A stretch of DNA of 64,000 nucleotides. Source: Candidatus Poseidoniales archaeon (GTDB lineage: Archaea; Thermoplasmatota; Poseidoniia; Poseidoniales; Thalassarchaeaceae). A program made the position numbers and the translations under genes. The stretch spans positions 41,143-105,142 of the forward strand of contig DUAE01000055.1 in NCBI GenBank assembly GCA_012960975.1, in the 5' to 3' direction. Shown one piece after another: positions 29,047-39,233 of the stretch; positions within the stretch are counted from its first letter, which is position 1; each line of letters starts with the position of its first letter. The notes under the pieces are model-generated. The model saw only the letters and a program-made list of their open reading frames with translations, had not been told where the DNA came from and did not search any database.

Positions 29047-31082
29047 TAAAATTGATTGAATTCATTGACGATATAAAAATCGGCATCCCACTTGAGTTAC
29101 CTCCTAAACCAGTCATAGATTCTTCTGTAGATCATGCCCCTGCCCGCCCGCAAGTTTTAGATTTGAAACAGAAGAAACAAGCAATAGCCAACGCGCTTAG
29201 ATATTTTCCGCAAAAATGGCACACCGAGTTAGCCGAAGAATTTTCTCAAGAACTACTTGATTATGGGCATATTTACATGCATCGTTTCAGGCCAAATTAT
29301 GAAATGTTTGCTAGACCAATCAAAGATTATTCAACACAGAACCTCCAAGCAGCAAGCATTATGTTAATGATCCAGAATAATCTCGATCCCACTGTTGCTC
29401 AGTATCCACATGAACTAATAACTTACGGAGGCAATGGTTCTGTATTTCAAAACTGGATTCAGTATAGATTAACGATGTCTTACCTTTCTGTTATGAATGA
29501 CGAACAGACCTTGGTAATGTACTCTGGACATCCGTTAGGACTATTTCCTTCTTCAAAAAATGCACCCAGAGCAGTGATTACCAATGGAATGGTCATTCCA
29601 AATTATTCAAGCCAAGAAAATTATGAAATTATGAATGCATTAGGTGTTTCTCAATATGGTCAAATGACTGCGGGTTCGTATATGTATATCGGCCCTCAAG
29701 GTATAGTTCATGGGACTACTATAACGATACTTAATGCCGCTAGGAAGTATCTTGGCATATCTTCAGAAAAGGACATGGGAGGGCTTCTCTACGTCACCTC
29801 TGGCTTAGGGGGTATGTCCGGTGCCCAAGCTAAAGCGGGAACAATTGCCGGCATAGTTACTATTATTGCTGAAATTAATGAACTGGCTGTGGTAAAACGG
29901 CACACTCAAGGTTGGTTATCTGAATATTATCACGACTTAAATGAATTAATGAAACGTACTAAATTCGCTATTAAAAATAAGGAAGCTATTTCTTTAGGAT
30001 ACATTGGTAATATAGTAGATCTACTTGAAAAACTTGACTCAGAAAATATTATTCCGGAATTGGGTTCGGATCAGACAAGTTTGCATAACCCCTGGTTAGG
30101 AGGCTATTATCCGGCAGGTTTGTCTTTCGAAGACGCAAATATCATGATAAAAGAATATCCTTTGAAATTTAAAAAATTAGTCCAATCTGGCCTCGTTCAT
30201 CATACTAATATCATTAATAAATTAGTAAATAAGGGCATGATATTTTGGGATTATGGGAATGCATTTTTATTAGAATCGGGGAAATCCGGTGCAGATATTT
30301 TCGATAAACACACACTTTCCGGCTACAAATATCCATCCTATGTTGAAGATATCATGGGGCCAATTTACTTCGACTATGGATTCGGTCCATTTAGATGGGT
30401 TTGTACATCTGGATTGAATTCAGATTTGGAAAAAACTGACGAAATAGCTATAAGTATTTTACAAGAATTAGTAAAAAATTCACCTGTTGAATTATCTATG
30501 CAATATTCAGATAATTTGACATGGATTAAATCTGCTAAATATAATGAATTAGTGGTGGGAAGTAAAGCTCGAATTTTGTATGTTGACGAAATAGGAAGAA
30601 GAGAAATTGGGAATGCATTCAATCAAGCTATATCTGATGGCACTATTTCCGCACCTATCGTATTAGGTAGAGATCACCACGACGTTAGTGGCACTGATAG
30701 CCCATATCGTGAAACAGCTAATATTAGAGATGGTTCGATGTTTACTGCAGATATGTCTGTTCAAAACTTCATTGGAGATTCGTTTAGGGGAGCAACATGG
30801 GTAAGTTTACACAACGGCGGAGGAGTTGGTTGGGGTGAAGTGTCGAATGGGGGATTTGGCCTATTATTAGAAGGAAACAAGCAATCAACATCTAATCTTA
30901 ACTCGATGCTATCTTGGGATGTTAATAACGGAGTTGCGAGGAGGGCATGGGCTCAAAATTCTGAAGCGAAATTTACTATTCGCCGGGCCATGGAAATGGA
31001 TAATAATTTACAGGTAACTCTTGCTTCTGAGGTTTCAAAAGATTTACTAAATAACATATTTTCAGATATACAGAGGGAGTGA
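29043..31082 (+). CDS. hutU: Urocanate hydratase (long form)
   Basis: GQMTAGSYMYIGPQGIVHGT, SGLGGMSGAQ, SDQTSLHN, GRDHHD, LHNGGGVG. Confidence 0.95.
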   Translation: MIKLIEFIDDIKIGIPLELPPKPVIDSSVDHAPARPQVLDLKQKKQAIANALRYFPQKWHTELAEEFSQELLDYGHIYMHRFRPNYEMFARPIKDYSTQNLQAASIMLMIQNNLDPTVAQYPHELITYGGNGSVFQNWIQYRLTMSYLSVMNDEQTLVMYSGHPLGLFPSSKNAPRAVITNGMVIPNYSSQENYEIMNALGVSQYGQMTAGSYMYIGPQGIVHGTTITILNAARKYLGISSEKDMGGLLYVTSGLGGMSGAQAKAGTIAGIVTIIAEINELAVVKRHTQGWLSEYYHDLNELMKRTKFAIKNKEAISLGYIGNIVDLLEKLDSENIIPELGSDQTSLHNPWLGGYYPAGLSFEDANIMIKEYPLKFKKLVQSGLVHHTNIINKLVNKGMIFWDYGNAFLLESGKSGADIFDKHTLSGYKYPSYVEDIMGPIYFDYGFGPFRWVCTSGLNSDLEKTDEIAISILQELVKNSPVELSMQYSDNLTWIKSAKYNELVVGSKARILYVDEIGRREIGNAFNQAISDGTISAPIVLGRDHHDVSGTDSPYRETANIRDGSMFTADMSVQNFIGDSFRGATWVSLHNGGGVGWGEVSNGGFGLLLEGNKQSTSNLNSMLSWDVNNGVARRAWAQNSEAKFTIRRAMEMDNNLQVTLASEVSKDLLNNIFSDIQRE

Positions 31083-32614
31083 CAATGAAGACGATAATTA
31101 TCGATGGGGAGTCATTGACTTTAGAGCAAATTTCTTCTCTAAAAAATCAAAATGTTAATGTTAAACTATCCACTAAAGCGAGTTCTAATATGAAAAAATC
31201 CCACAATGCTGTTGGGCAGATTTTAGCTTCAGGAGACATTGTTTATGGGATAAATACGGGCTTTGGTGCCCTATCATCAAAAACTATTGATAAAACCAAA
31301 TTAATTGAATTACAACGAAATCTCATTCGTTCTCACGCCTGTGCAGTAGGCGAAAGAATGAGCCCCGAACATGTGCTAATGATGATGTTGATTAGAGTCA
31401 ATTCAATCGCAAAAGGATTCTCAGGCGCACGAGTTGAATTAGTACAATTAATTATTGACATGATCAACAATAGAATCGCACCAGAAGTCCCTCGTATCGG
31501 TTCACTGGGTGCATCTGGAGATTTAGCCCCACTATCACATATGGCTCTGGGTATTATTGGGGAAGGAAAATCTAATGTTCAATCCACAGAAGGTAATTGG
31601 ATCATTACTGATGCTAAAGATGCACTGGTTGCTGCGGGTTTGCAACCTACATGTTTGGAGGCAAAAGAAGGTTTGTCGTTAATCAATGGAACCAGCCAAA
31701 TGTGCACTTACTTAACTGAATCAATACTAAATTGTGAAAAATTAATTTTTTCTGCTGACGCATCTGTCGCCTGTTCAATTGAGAGTATCAAAGGTTCAGC
31801 TTCTCCTTTTGATAAAAGAATCCATCTTGTAAGACCTCAGATTGGCCAATCAATTTCCGCAGCTAGAATTTTAGGATTATTACAAAATTCCAAGATAATG
31901 GAATCTCATAAAAATTGCGATAGAATTCAGGATTCTTATTCCTTTAGATGTGCCCCTCAAGTTCACGGACCAATGATTGATACAATCAAAGAATCAAGAC
32001 GTATTTTAGAAATCGAAATAAATTCAGCTACAGATAATCCTTTGATTTTTGTTGATGATTCTGAAATTGATGTGATTAGTGGAGGTAATTTTCATGGGCA
32101 AGCATTGGCCATTGTTAGTGACACTCTAGCCGTTAATTGTCATGAAATAGGTAGTATTTCAGAACGAAGAACAAATCAAATCCTAGATCCTGATTGGTCA
32201 AATCAAAATGCTTTTTTAGCACAAAACGAAGGTCTTGAAAGTGGTTTAATGATTTTACAATATGTGTCGGCTGCTGTTCTCGCTGAAATGAATCTTCTCG
32301 CTAATTCAGTTACTACAACAAATATCCCTGTGAGTTTGGGTAAAGAAGATCATGTTTCTATGGGTGCTACAGGATCATATCGCCTTTTACAACAAACAAA
32401 GTTCTTATCATTAATATTAGCAAATGAATTTATTTGTTCAAGTGTTGCTTTAGATAATATTTCAGAACCCGCCTCGGATTCCGTATCAAAAATTCATGAT
32501 TGGATAAGAGAAACAGTCCCCCCACTAATGGGAGATAGAGCATTTTCGATAGAAACAGAAAATTTAGCATCAAAAATATTAGACGGTCTCCTTTGCAATA
32601 TTTTTGAGGAATAA
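31079..32614 (+). CDS. hutH: Histidine ammonia-lyase
   Basis: YGINTGFG, MIO motif GSLGASGDLAPL, KEGLSLINGT, QDSYSFRC, NSATDNP, GGNFHG, EDHVSMG. Confidence 0.95.
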   Translation: MTMKTIIIDGESLTLEQISSLKNQNVNVKLSTKASSNMKKSHNAVGQILASGDIVYGINTGFGALSSKTIDKTKLIELQRNLIRSHACAVGERMSPEHVLMMMLIRVNSIAKGFSGARVELVQLIIDMINNRIAPEVPRIGSLGASGDLAPLSHMALGIIGEGKSNVQSTEGNWIITDAKDALVAAGLQPTCLEAKEGLSLINGTSQMCTYLTESILNCEKLIFSADASVACSIESIKGSASPFDKRIHLVRPQIGQSISAARILGLLQNSKIMESHKNCDRIQDSYSFRCAPQVHGPMIDTIKESRRILEIEINSATDNPLIFVDDSEIDVISGGNFHGQALAIVSDTLAVNCHEIGSISERRTNQILDPDWSNQNAFLAQNEGLESGLMILQYVSAAVLAEMNLLANSVTTTNIPVSLGKEDHVSMGATGSYRLLQQTKFLSLILANEFICSSVALDNISEPASDSVSKIHDWIRETVPPLMGDRAFSIETENLASKILDGLLCNIFEE

Positions 32615-32616
32615 TT

Positions 32617-33336
32617 ATGCAAGAAAAACTGCACATGACAAGACATCCAGGGATTAACCCCCCTGAATTCGAAGCCAACATCGTAGGGATAACCGATTCT
32701 GCATTATTTCTTTCCGAATCATATTGTTACCCAAGAGGAGGGGGGCAACCAGGTGATACGGGAAAAATCATCAAGGCAGATGGCGAGATATCAGATTATA
32801 CAGAGGTTCTACCCGGTGAAATGATTGCTCATCCTATAGAAAACCCATTGGATTTTGTAATTGGTGAAAAAATATTGTGTCAAATTGATTCAGAAAGAAG
32901 AAACGCCCACACAATGATGCATACCTCACAACATATTGTTTCGGCACTTGCTGAAGATATCTGGGGAGCTGAGACAGTAGGGAATCAATTAGGAGCTATT
33001 CAATCACGCATTGACCTGTTATTCGATGATAAGAGTAAATTTGACCCTGTAGAGTTAGTAAACGCAGTAAATACGGTATTAAGCTCATCCACCGCTGTAA
33101 ATATCCACAAGTGGGATCGAAATATGATTCTTGAACATGAACAGATGAGACACACTAAATTTTTGCATAAAATACCTGGCGATATTTTAAGAGTCGTCGA
33201 AATTGAAGGTGTAGACCTATGTCCGTGCGCTGGAACTCATGTATCGAATACATCCAGAATTCCCACTCTCCGATACGTCGGAAAGAAGAACAAAGGCAAG
33301 GGTCGATTGAGGCTGGCGTTCGAATTTGATTTATGA
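32617..33336 (+). CDS. alaX: AlaX-type alanyl-tRNA trans-editing protein
   Basis: YPRGGGQPGDTG, HTSQH, CAGTHV Zn motifs. Confidence 0.9.
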   Translation: MQEKLHMTRHPGINPPEFEANIVGITDSALFLSESYCYPRGGGQPGDTGKIIKADGEISDYTEVLPGEMIAHPIENPLDFVIGEKILCQIDSERRNAHTMMHTSQHIVSALAEDIWGAETVGNQLGAIQSRIDLLFDDKSKFDPVELVNAVNTVLSSSTAVNIHKWDRNMILEHEQMRHTKFLHKIPGDILRVVEIEGVDLCPCAGTHVSNTSRIPTLRYVGKKNKGKGRLRLAFEFDL

Positions 33337-33357
33337 TAAAAGGAGAATCATTCCCAT

Positions 33358-33433
33358 TGGTGGGCTCGGCAGGAATTGAACCTGCGATCTTCGCCATGTC
33401 AAGGCGACGTCATAACCCCTAGACCACGAGCCC
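33358..33433 (-). tRNA. tRNA-Val(GAC), CCA encoded
   Basis: Reverse complement GGGCTCGTGGTCTAGGGGTTATGACGTCGCCTTGACATGGCGAAGATCGCAGGTTCAATTCCTGCCGAGCCCACCA folds as a cloverleaf, anticodon loop TTGACAT. Confidence 0.95.
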
Positions 33434-33440
33434 TAAGATA

Positions 33441-33453
33441 AGCCGCCGTCATG
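33441..33453 (-). promoter_or_regulatory. Element CATGACGGCGGCT 7 nt upstream of tRNA-Val
   Basis: Resembles the elements upstream of rps19e, rps12 and fusA. Confidence 0.4.
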
Positions 33454-33492
33454 AGTCCCCCTCATCAATGATTCTCTTGGAGTGTTAAAAAA

Positions 33493-33645
33493 TCACGAAA
33501 TAATTTTTGAGATTTTTCCTAAACAACCTACTACAGTACATGAACCAGCTACTCTTGTTCTCCCATTTTTCATCTGGATCAATTTTGCATTGAGTATCTC
33601 TTGTGATTTCTTACAACTCATGCAATAACCAACATATACTCTCAT
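33493..33645 (-). CDS. Small basic zinc-ribbon protein (DUF5679-like), 50 aa
   Basis: Not in ORF track; MRVYVGYCMSCKKSQEILNAKLIQMKNGRTRVAGSCTVVGCLGKISKIIS (YCxxC...MKNGR...GxC...C). Confidence 0.75.
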   Translation of the reverse strand: MRVYVGYCMSCKKSQEILNAKLIQMKNGRTRVAGSCTVVGCLGKISKIIS

Positions 33646-33935
33646 GATTTGCTTTGAACGTGCTATTCGTAAATATGTTCCTTACATCCCCTCTGTATAG
33701 GTAAAATTCACAATTATTGCATAAATGGCTTACTGCGAAGCAGTTTCAAATTATATTTATATCTGAATTCTGATAATCATTCTTATCGGCAATACTATCT
33801 CCGAAAAAATCACTGACATACTGCTACTTTTGTGCAGGGAGGAATAATCAGGTATAATTGGAATATTGTTTTTATTGAAAATATATTAAACAAGCACTAA
33901 AACACCTTTAAATTTAAAACTAATACGTAAAAGAA

Positions 33936-35195
33936 TTAGTGAGAAATCAATTGCCCTGAAATTATTGTTTTAGATATTGGAGAAATTCCTGGAGTTTGAC
34001 ACCACCCATCTACATAATTACTTTTTAAAATATTAAGGTCAGCGATTCCTCCCTCACTTATACTACCTCTAACTTGATTCTTTTTCAAATTAAGAGATGA
34101 AGCAGGGTTCCGAGTCACGGCAACTAAAGCTGCGAGTGGATCTAGATTTAATCGGTGAGTCGCGAGACTACCTACAAATGGTAAAGAAATCGTGTTACAA
34201 TTTGGATTATAATCCGTAGCGAATGCAAAAGCCCAATTGTTATCTAAACATTCGTTAATTGGGTAATTTAATTTTTTACCTAAAACATAAGGGGTTCCGG
34301 GTAAAAAGGTTTGAAGAGTTCCGGCCTTACTTGCCGCATCTCTGGATTCTGAATTGCTAAAGCCTACGTGATCCCCGCTATCACAACCTAATTCAGCAGC
34401 AAGGGATAACCCGCTACCATCTACAAATTCGTCAACGTGAATTCGACTCCTAAGCCCTAATTCATGTGAAGCTTGGATTATAGTCTCTGTTTGTTCCAAA
34501 TCATACCAACCTGGTTCGCAAAATACATCAACCCAATTAGCTAAATTATTGTCCACTACTAACGGTAATTGTTCTGAAATAAGGGATTCGATATATTCTG
34601 ACTTATTGGTGTCTTGGGGAAAATCGTGGGCCCCTAACCATGTACTGAGAATTAATTGAGGGGACAACTCATCAATTTTTCTTATTGCTTGGAGGAGCTT
34701 GATTTCAGATTCTGTTGTTAATCCATATCCACTTTTACCTTCAAGAGTAGTTGTTCCAAACTTCAATGCGGTTTCACAAATATCTAATCCTTTGTCGACC
34801 AATGCATCTTTGGATGCTTTTCTAGTAGATCTTACTGTTTTTTGAATTCCGCCCCCTGCGTTAGCAATATCTTGGTAAGAGGATCCTTTTCTTCTCAGAT
34901 TCATTTCATTTGCACGATCTCCTGCCCAAACCAAATGCGTGTGTGAATCGACAAATCCGGGCACGATTGCCTTGTGATTTACATCAATTATTTTGACATT
35001 AGTACCTGAATATTCATCTAATAATTTATTTGAATCATCTATTCGAATTATCTTATTCTCTTCAATAAAAATTCCAAGACCGGGGTTATGTACTAACTGA
35101 TCTCTATTGAGCATTGAGTCCCCGGAGAGGGGTTTATTTGGGTCACCCGCTGAAAGAGTTGCTAGCTCGCCTATGTTAACCAAGAGCAACTGCAT
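33936..35195 (-). CDS. hutI: Imidazolonepropionase
   Basis: PGFVDSHTHLVWAG.RA.E, GGGI..TV, GTTT.EGKSGYGL, DVFCE, ATDYNP. Confidence 0.93.
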   Translation of the reverse strand: MQLLLVNIGELATLSAGDPNKPLSGDSMLNRDQLVHNPGLGIFIEENKIIRIDDSNKLLDEYSGTNVKIIDVNHKAIVPGFVDSHTHLVWAGDRANEMNLRRKGSSYQDIANAGGGIQKTVRSTRKASKDALVDKGLDICETALKFGTTTLEGKSGYGLTTESEIKLLQAIRKIDELSPQLILSTWLGAHDFPQDTNKSEYIESLISEQLPLVVDNNLANWVDVFCEPGWYDLEQTETIIQASHELGLRSRIHVDEFVDGSGLSLAAELGCDSGDHVGFSNSESRDAASKAGTLQTFLPGTPYVLGKKLNYPINECLDNNWAFAFATDYNPNCNTISLPFVGSLATHRLNLDPLAALVAVTRNPASSLNLKKNQVRGSISEGGIADLNILKSNYVDGWCQTPGISPISKTIISGQLISH

Positions 35196-35247
35196 GAACG
35201 TCCGAGAAAGTGATACTTGAAAGCACTATGTCTGTTCGAAGAATATA

Positions 35248-36255
35248 ATGGGCATTGTTATCGGTCTCGAAAGTACGGCCCACACTCTATCAATTGGTGG
35301 TGTGAAAGAGAGTGGGGAGCTAATTCCTTCATGCTCTGCCCTTTTTAGGCCGGAAGAGGGGGGAATTCATCCTCGTGAAGCTGCAGATCATCATACAGAA
35401 AATGTATCGATGATAATTTCAAATTTTTTTCAAAAAAACAACATCCAGAAAAAAAATATCACATCTGTCGCCTTCAGCCAGGGACCTGGCTTAGGTCCTT
35501 GTTTAAGGGTCGGCGCATCTGTTGCTAGAGCCTTGGCTTCAGATCTAAATATACCCTTAATTGGTGTCAATCATTGTATTGCACATATTGAAATTGGACG
35601 AAGTCAAACTGGGTGTACAGACCCGATTTTACTTTATGTAAGTGGGGGAAATACGCAGGTAATCGCTCGCATGGGGGACAAATATCGTGTTATTGGTGAA
35701 ACTTTAGACATCGGCATAGGCAATATGCTTGACAAATTTGCTAGAGCTCAGGGGATTCCTTTTCCCGGCGGACCTGAGGTGGAAAAATTAGCTAAAAAAT
35801 GGGTGAATGATAATCCAAATGCGTCGCTTGATGAGGTTCAATTACCATATGGAGTTCAAGGAATGGATTTGTCATTTTCAGGTATGTTAACTGCTGCTCA
35901 GCAATTACTCAATGCTGGAAAACCATTAGCTCAAGTATGCTGGTCACTACAAGAGCATGCTTTTTCTAGTTGTATAGAAGTTGCAGAACGGGCATTAGCG
36001 CATTTGGGCAAAACAGAGATTCTTCTTGGAGGTGGAGTTGCATGTAATTCTCGAATTAGAGAAATGTCTGTATTAATGTGTCTCGAACGTGGAGCTAGTT
36101 CACACTGGCCAGAAAAACAATATTGTATAGATAATGGAACAATGATCGCTGAATTAGGAAGATTGGCAAGATTATGTGATGTTGAAACTAATTTTTCAGA
36201 TAGCAAAATAAATCCATTGTTGAGAACTGATTCAACAATAGTATCTTGGCTTTGA
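35248..36255 (+). CDS. kae1: tRNA t6A37 threonylcarbamoyltransferase Kae1 (stand-alone)
   Basis: GLESTAHT, GGIHPREAADHH, GPGLGPCL, VNHCIAHIE, YVSGGNTQ, ETLDIGIGN.LDKFAR, DNGTMIA. Confidence 0.95.
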   Translation: MGIVIGLESTAHTLSIGGVKESGELIPSCSALFRPEEGGIHPREAADHHTENVSMIISNFFQKNNIQKKNITSVAFSQGPGLGPCLRVGASVARALASDLNIPLIGVNHCIAHIEIGRSQTGCTDPILLYVSGGNTQVIARMGDKYRVIGETLDIGIGNMLDKFARAQGIPFPGGPEVEKLAKKWVNDNPNASLDEVQLPYGVQGMDLSFSGMLTAAQQLLNAGKPLAQVCWSLQEHAFSSCIEVAERALAHLGKTEILLGGGVACNSRIREMSVLMCLERGASSHWPEKQYCIDNGTMIAELGRLARLCDVETNFSDSKINPLLRTDSTIVSWL

Positions 36256-36320
36256 CATAATTGAACTCAATACACTTATGAAACCCATTCCTTAGGATTG
36301 GATAGGAGACTGGTTCAGTA

Positions 36321-37103
36321 GTGCAGCGTCGACGCAAACCCAAAACGTTACCAAAAAATATTTTTGGTAAAGATTCTAATAAAGAATCTAAGAAAAAAAC
36401 ACGGGTGGCAACTCCGAAAACACCCACTCCGAGGGCAACTCCCACCCCAACGGCTACACAGGCGATTAATGTTCAACCACCATCACCACCCAAAATCCAA
36501 TCAGATAATAAAAATCTAAAATCAATTTCAAAAGATAAAACACCAGTAGAGAAAACTGATTCAACTAAGTTAGTTAAGGAAATTATCATTCAAACAGAAC
36601 CGATTATTGGAGACAAAAAAACACCCCGAGAGAGGAGAAAAGGTGTCGGGTTAAAGAATAATAATTCCAAACAAATTATAAAACCTTCAGAAAAAGTGCA
36701 ATCTGATAAAGCGGTTCAATTAATTCAGCAAAGTAAACTTAGGGCCGCTCAAAATATTGGATTGAATAAAAATATACCTGTAGCTAAGCCAGTGGTTAAA
36801 CCCCCTCCAAGGCCACGCCGAAGGGCTCCTAAATCAAGTTACCAACCAGCTAATCGTGCCAAAAGATTGGACCGTAGTCGCCATATGGAATACAAATATG
36901 AAATGAGGGGGCTGTTGAAAAAATTAGATATTATAGAAGAACATCATTCAGGATTACTGGGTTCAATTTGGGCTAAAGGTGAGCGACAAACAGCTGCTGA
37001 AGCTAAATTGTATTTAGTTGGAAAATTAAATGATGGTATTATTAATGAACATCAATCAGAAAAATTATCCAAAATAATTGATGAGTACACAATAAGGAGA
37101 TGA
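36321..37103 (+). CDS. Basic low-complexity hypothetical protein with folded C-terminal domain
   Basis: Lys/Arg/Pro/Thr-rich N-terminal region; C-terminal RAKRLDRSRHMEYKYEMR...GSIWAKGER. Confidence 0.65.
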   Translation: MQRRRKPKTLPKNIFGKDSNKESKKKTRVATPKTPTPRATPTPTATQAINVQPPSPPKIQSDNKNLKSISKDKTPVEKTDSTKLVKEIIIQTEPIIGDKKTPRERRKGVGLKNNNSKQIIKPSEKVQSDKAVQLIQQSKLRAAQNIGLNKNIPVAKPVVKPPPRPRRRAPKSSYQPANRAKRLDRSRHMEYKYEMRGLLKKLDIIEEHHSGLLGSIWAKGERQTAAEAKLYLVGKLNDGIINEHQSEKLSKIIDEYTIRR

Positions 37104-37107
37104 TTGT

Positions 37108-37593
37108 ATGATTGTAGAAGAAAATAAAGTCGTAACAGCGGATTATGTAGGATATTTTCCTGAAAATAAAGAAATTTTTGATTCCTCAAAAGCTGAAGGT
37201 AGACAACCGATATCATTTTTAATTGGTCATCAAAATATGATTTTAGGCTTTGAAGAAGAAATCATGGGGTCGGATATTGGAGAAAAAAGAATTTTTACTT
37301 TAGATCCTGAGCGGGCTTATGGTCACCGAGAGGAAGATCGTGTTTTACAAATGGAAAGAGGGCAATTCCCCGATGATCTAGAAGTTGGGATGCAATTCGA
37401 GGCTGCAGTACAAGGCCTGCCAACGCCTTTTGAGGTCATTGAAATTAATGACTCAGAGGTAGGTTGTGACTTCAATCATCCGATGGCAGGGAAATCATTA
37501 ACTTTCGAAGTGGAAATTATATCCATAAGAGATCCAGTCGATGAAGAGTTGGCACATGGGCATGTTCATGGCCCCGGTGGCCATCACCATTGA
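37108..37593 (+). CDS. slyD: FKBP-type peptidyl-prolyl isomerase (SlyD-like)
   Basis: FDSS, GFEEE, PERAYG, DFNHPMAGK.L.FEVE, His-rich tail HGHVHGPGGHHH. Confidence 0.92.
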   Translation: MIVEENKVVTADYVGYFPENKEIFDSSKAEGRQPISFLIGHQNMILGFEEEIMGSDIGEKRIFTLDPERAYGHREEDRVLQMERGQFPDDLEVGMQFEAAVQGLPTPFEVIEINDSEVGCDFNHPMAGKSLTFEVEIISIRDPVDEELAHGHVHGPGGHHH

Positions 37594-37639
37594 AGCACAT
37601 CATTAATTTGCATTGTTTAACCTCAACGAGTTGAGAAGC

Positions 37640-39232
37640 ATGCATGAAGACGAATCAACCACCCGCAGAGGGATTGTTAGATCTAGTGTTTCTACCCCGG
37701 AAACTGCGGTAGACTCAGGCCATCCTGTAGATGGTCATCCACTCCCTGGTCAACCCCCTTACACGAGAGGAATACACAAGGAAATGTATCGTAATAAACG
37801 ATGGACAATGCGTCAATATGCTGGATTTTCCACTGCTAAAGAAACAAATCAAAGATTTAAATTATTATTGAATTCAGGGCAAACGGGCCTCTCTGTAGCT
37901 TTTGATTTGCCAACGCAACTAGGTTTAGATTCGGATCATGAAACTTCAGAAGGGGAAGTTGGCAAGGTAGGAGTGGCTATAGATACTCTAGACGATATGA
38001 GAGAATTATTTGACGAAATTGACTTGGGAGAAGTATCTACTTCTATGACAATTAACGCTTCAGCAACTACTCTACTAGCACTATACGTGGCTCTAGCGGA
38101 TGAAAAAGGGATTGCGAGATCCAAACTAAAAGGTACTGTGCAAAATGATATCTTGAAAGAGTATATTGCCAGAGGACTTTATGTTTATCCACCCAATGAA
38201 TCCATTCGTCTTACAACAGATTTATTTCAATGGTGTCATGAAAATTTACCATCTTGGAATACAATATCAGTTAGTGGATATCATATGAGAGAAGCAGGAT
38301 GTACAGCAGTTGAAGAGGTCGGTTTAACGATTTCAAATGCCCTTTATTATGCAGAAGAAGCTATTAAAGTTGGAATGAATATAGATGATTTTGCTCCGAG
38401 AATGTCATTCTTTTTTGGGTGCCATAATGATTTTTTGGAAGAAATTTCCAAATTTAGAGCAGCAAGGCAAATATGGTTTGAACAAATCACAAAAAGGTTC
38501 TCGCCACAGAATTCACGTTCTCAAAAACTTAGGTTCCATACCCAGACAGCAGGAGTCACACTTACTGCCCAACAACCTATGAACAACGCAATAAGAGTTG
38601 CATATCAAGCATTATCTTCAGTTTTCGGTGGCACCCAATCCCTCCATACCAATAGTTTCGATGAAGCTATTGGATTACCAACAGATAAAGCAGTAAAAAT
38701 CGCTCTACGAACTCAACAAATTATCTCTGATGAGATTTTTGTTGCAGATACAGCAGATCCTTTGGCCGGTTCATACCTAATCGAGGAACTGACCGCAAAA
38801 ATTGTTACTGGTGCCAACGAACTGATTGATGAAATTTATTCTTATGGTGGGGCTATGGATGCAATAAAGTCTGGTGTTCAACAGAAAAAAATTCATGAAA
38901 GCGCCTGGAGGGAATTGAAAAAAATTGAATCCGGAGAATTGCCAGTCATAGGCGTGAATAAATATGTTGAAGATGTTGTAGATGCCAATTTGGGTTTGAG
39001 ATTAGATAAAAATCTATCAAATTCCCAAATAAATAAATTAAAAGAAATTAAAAAATCAAGGAATAATGACTCTGTCTTGGAATCATTATCCCAATTACGA
39101 ATCGCATGTAATTCAGACCATAATGTGATGGAACCTTTGATTATTGCATTGAAATTCGGAGCCACTGTAGGAGAAGTTAATGGAATCATGAGAGAAGAAT
39201 TTGGGACCTGGGTCTCACCAAGCGGAGTATGA
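37640..39232 (+). CDS. Methylmalonyl-CoA mutase, substrate-binding subunit (no fused B12 domain)
   Basis: PYTRG, WTMRQYAGF, GLSVAFDLPTQ, QNDILKEY, SGYHMREAG, GGTQSLHTN.FDEA. Confidence 0.93.
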   Translation: MHEDESTTRRGIVRSSVSTPETAVDSGHPVDGHPLPGQPPYTRGIHKEMYRNKRWTMRQYAGFSTAKETNQRFKLLLNSGQTGLSVAFDLPTQLGLDSDHETSEGEVGKVGVAIDTLDDMRELFDEIDLGEVSTSMTINASATTLLALYVALADEKGIARSKLKGTVQNDILKEYIARGLYVYPPNESIRLTTDLFQWCHENLPSWNTISVSGYHMREAGCTAVEEVGLTISNALYYAEEAIKVGMNIDDFAPRMSFFFGCHNDFLEEISKFRAARQIWFEQITKRFSPQNSRSQKLRFHTQTAGVTLTAQQPMNNAIRVAYQALSSVFGGTQSLHTNSFDEAIGLPTDKAVKIALRTQQIISDEIFVADTADPLAGSYLIEELTAKIVTGANELIDEIYSYGGAMDAIKSGVQQKKIHESAWRELKKIESGELPVIGVNKYVEDVVDANLGLRLDKNLSNSQINKLKEIKKSRNNDSVLESLSQLRIACNSDHNVMEPLIIALKFGATVGEVNGIMREEFGTWVSPSGV

Positions 39233-39233
39233 A

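Noticed and set aside
33340-33935. Integrated element at tRNA-Val
   Set aside because: No integrase, and no duplicated tRNA 3' end (att site) seen
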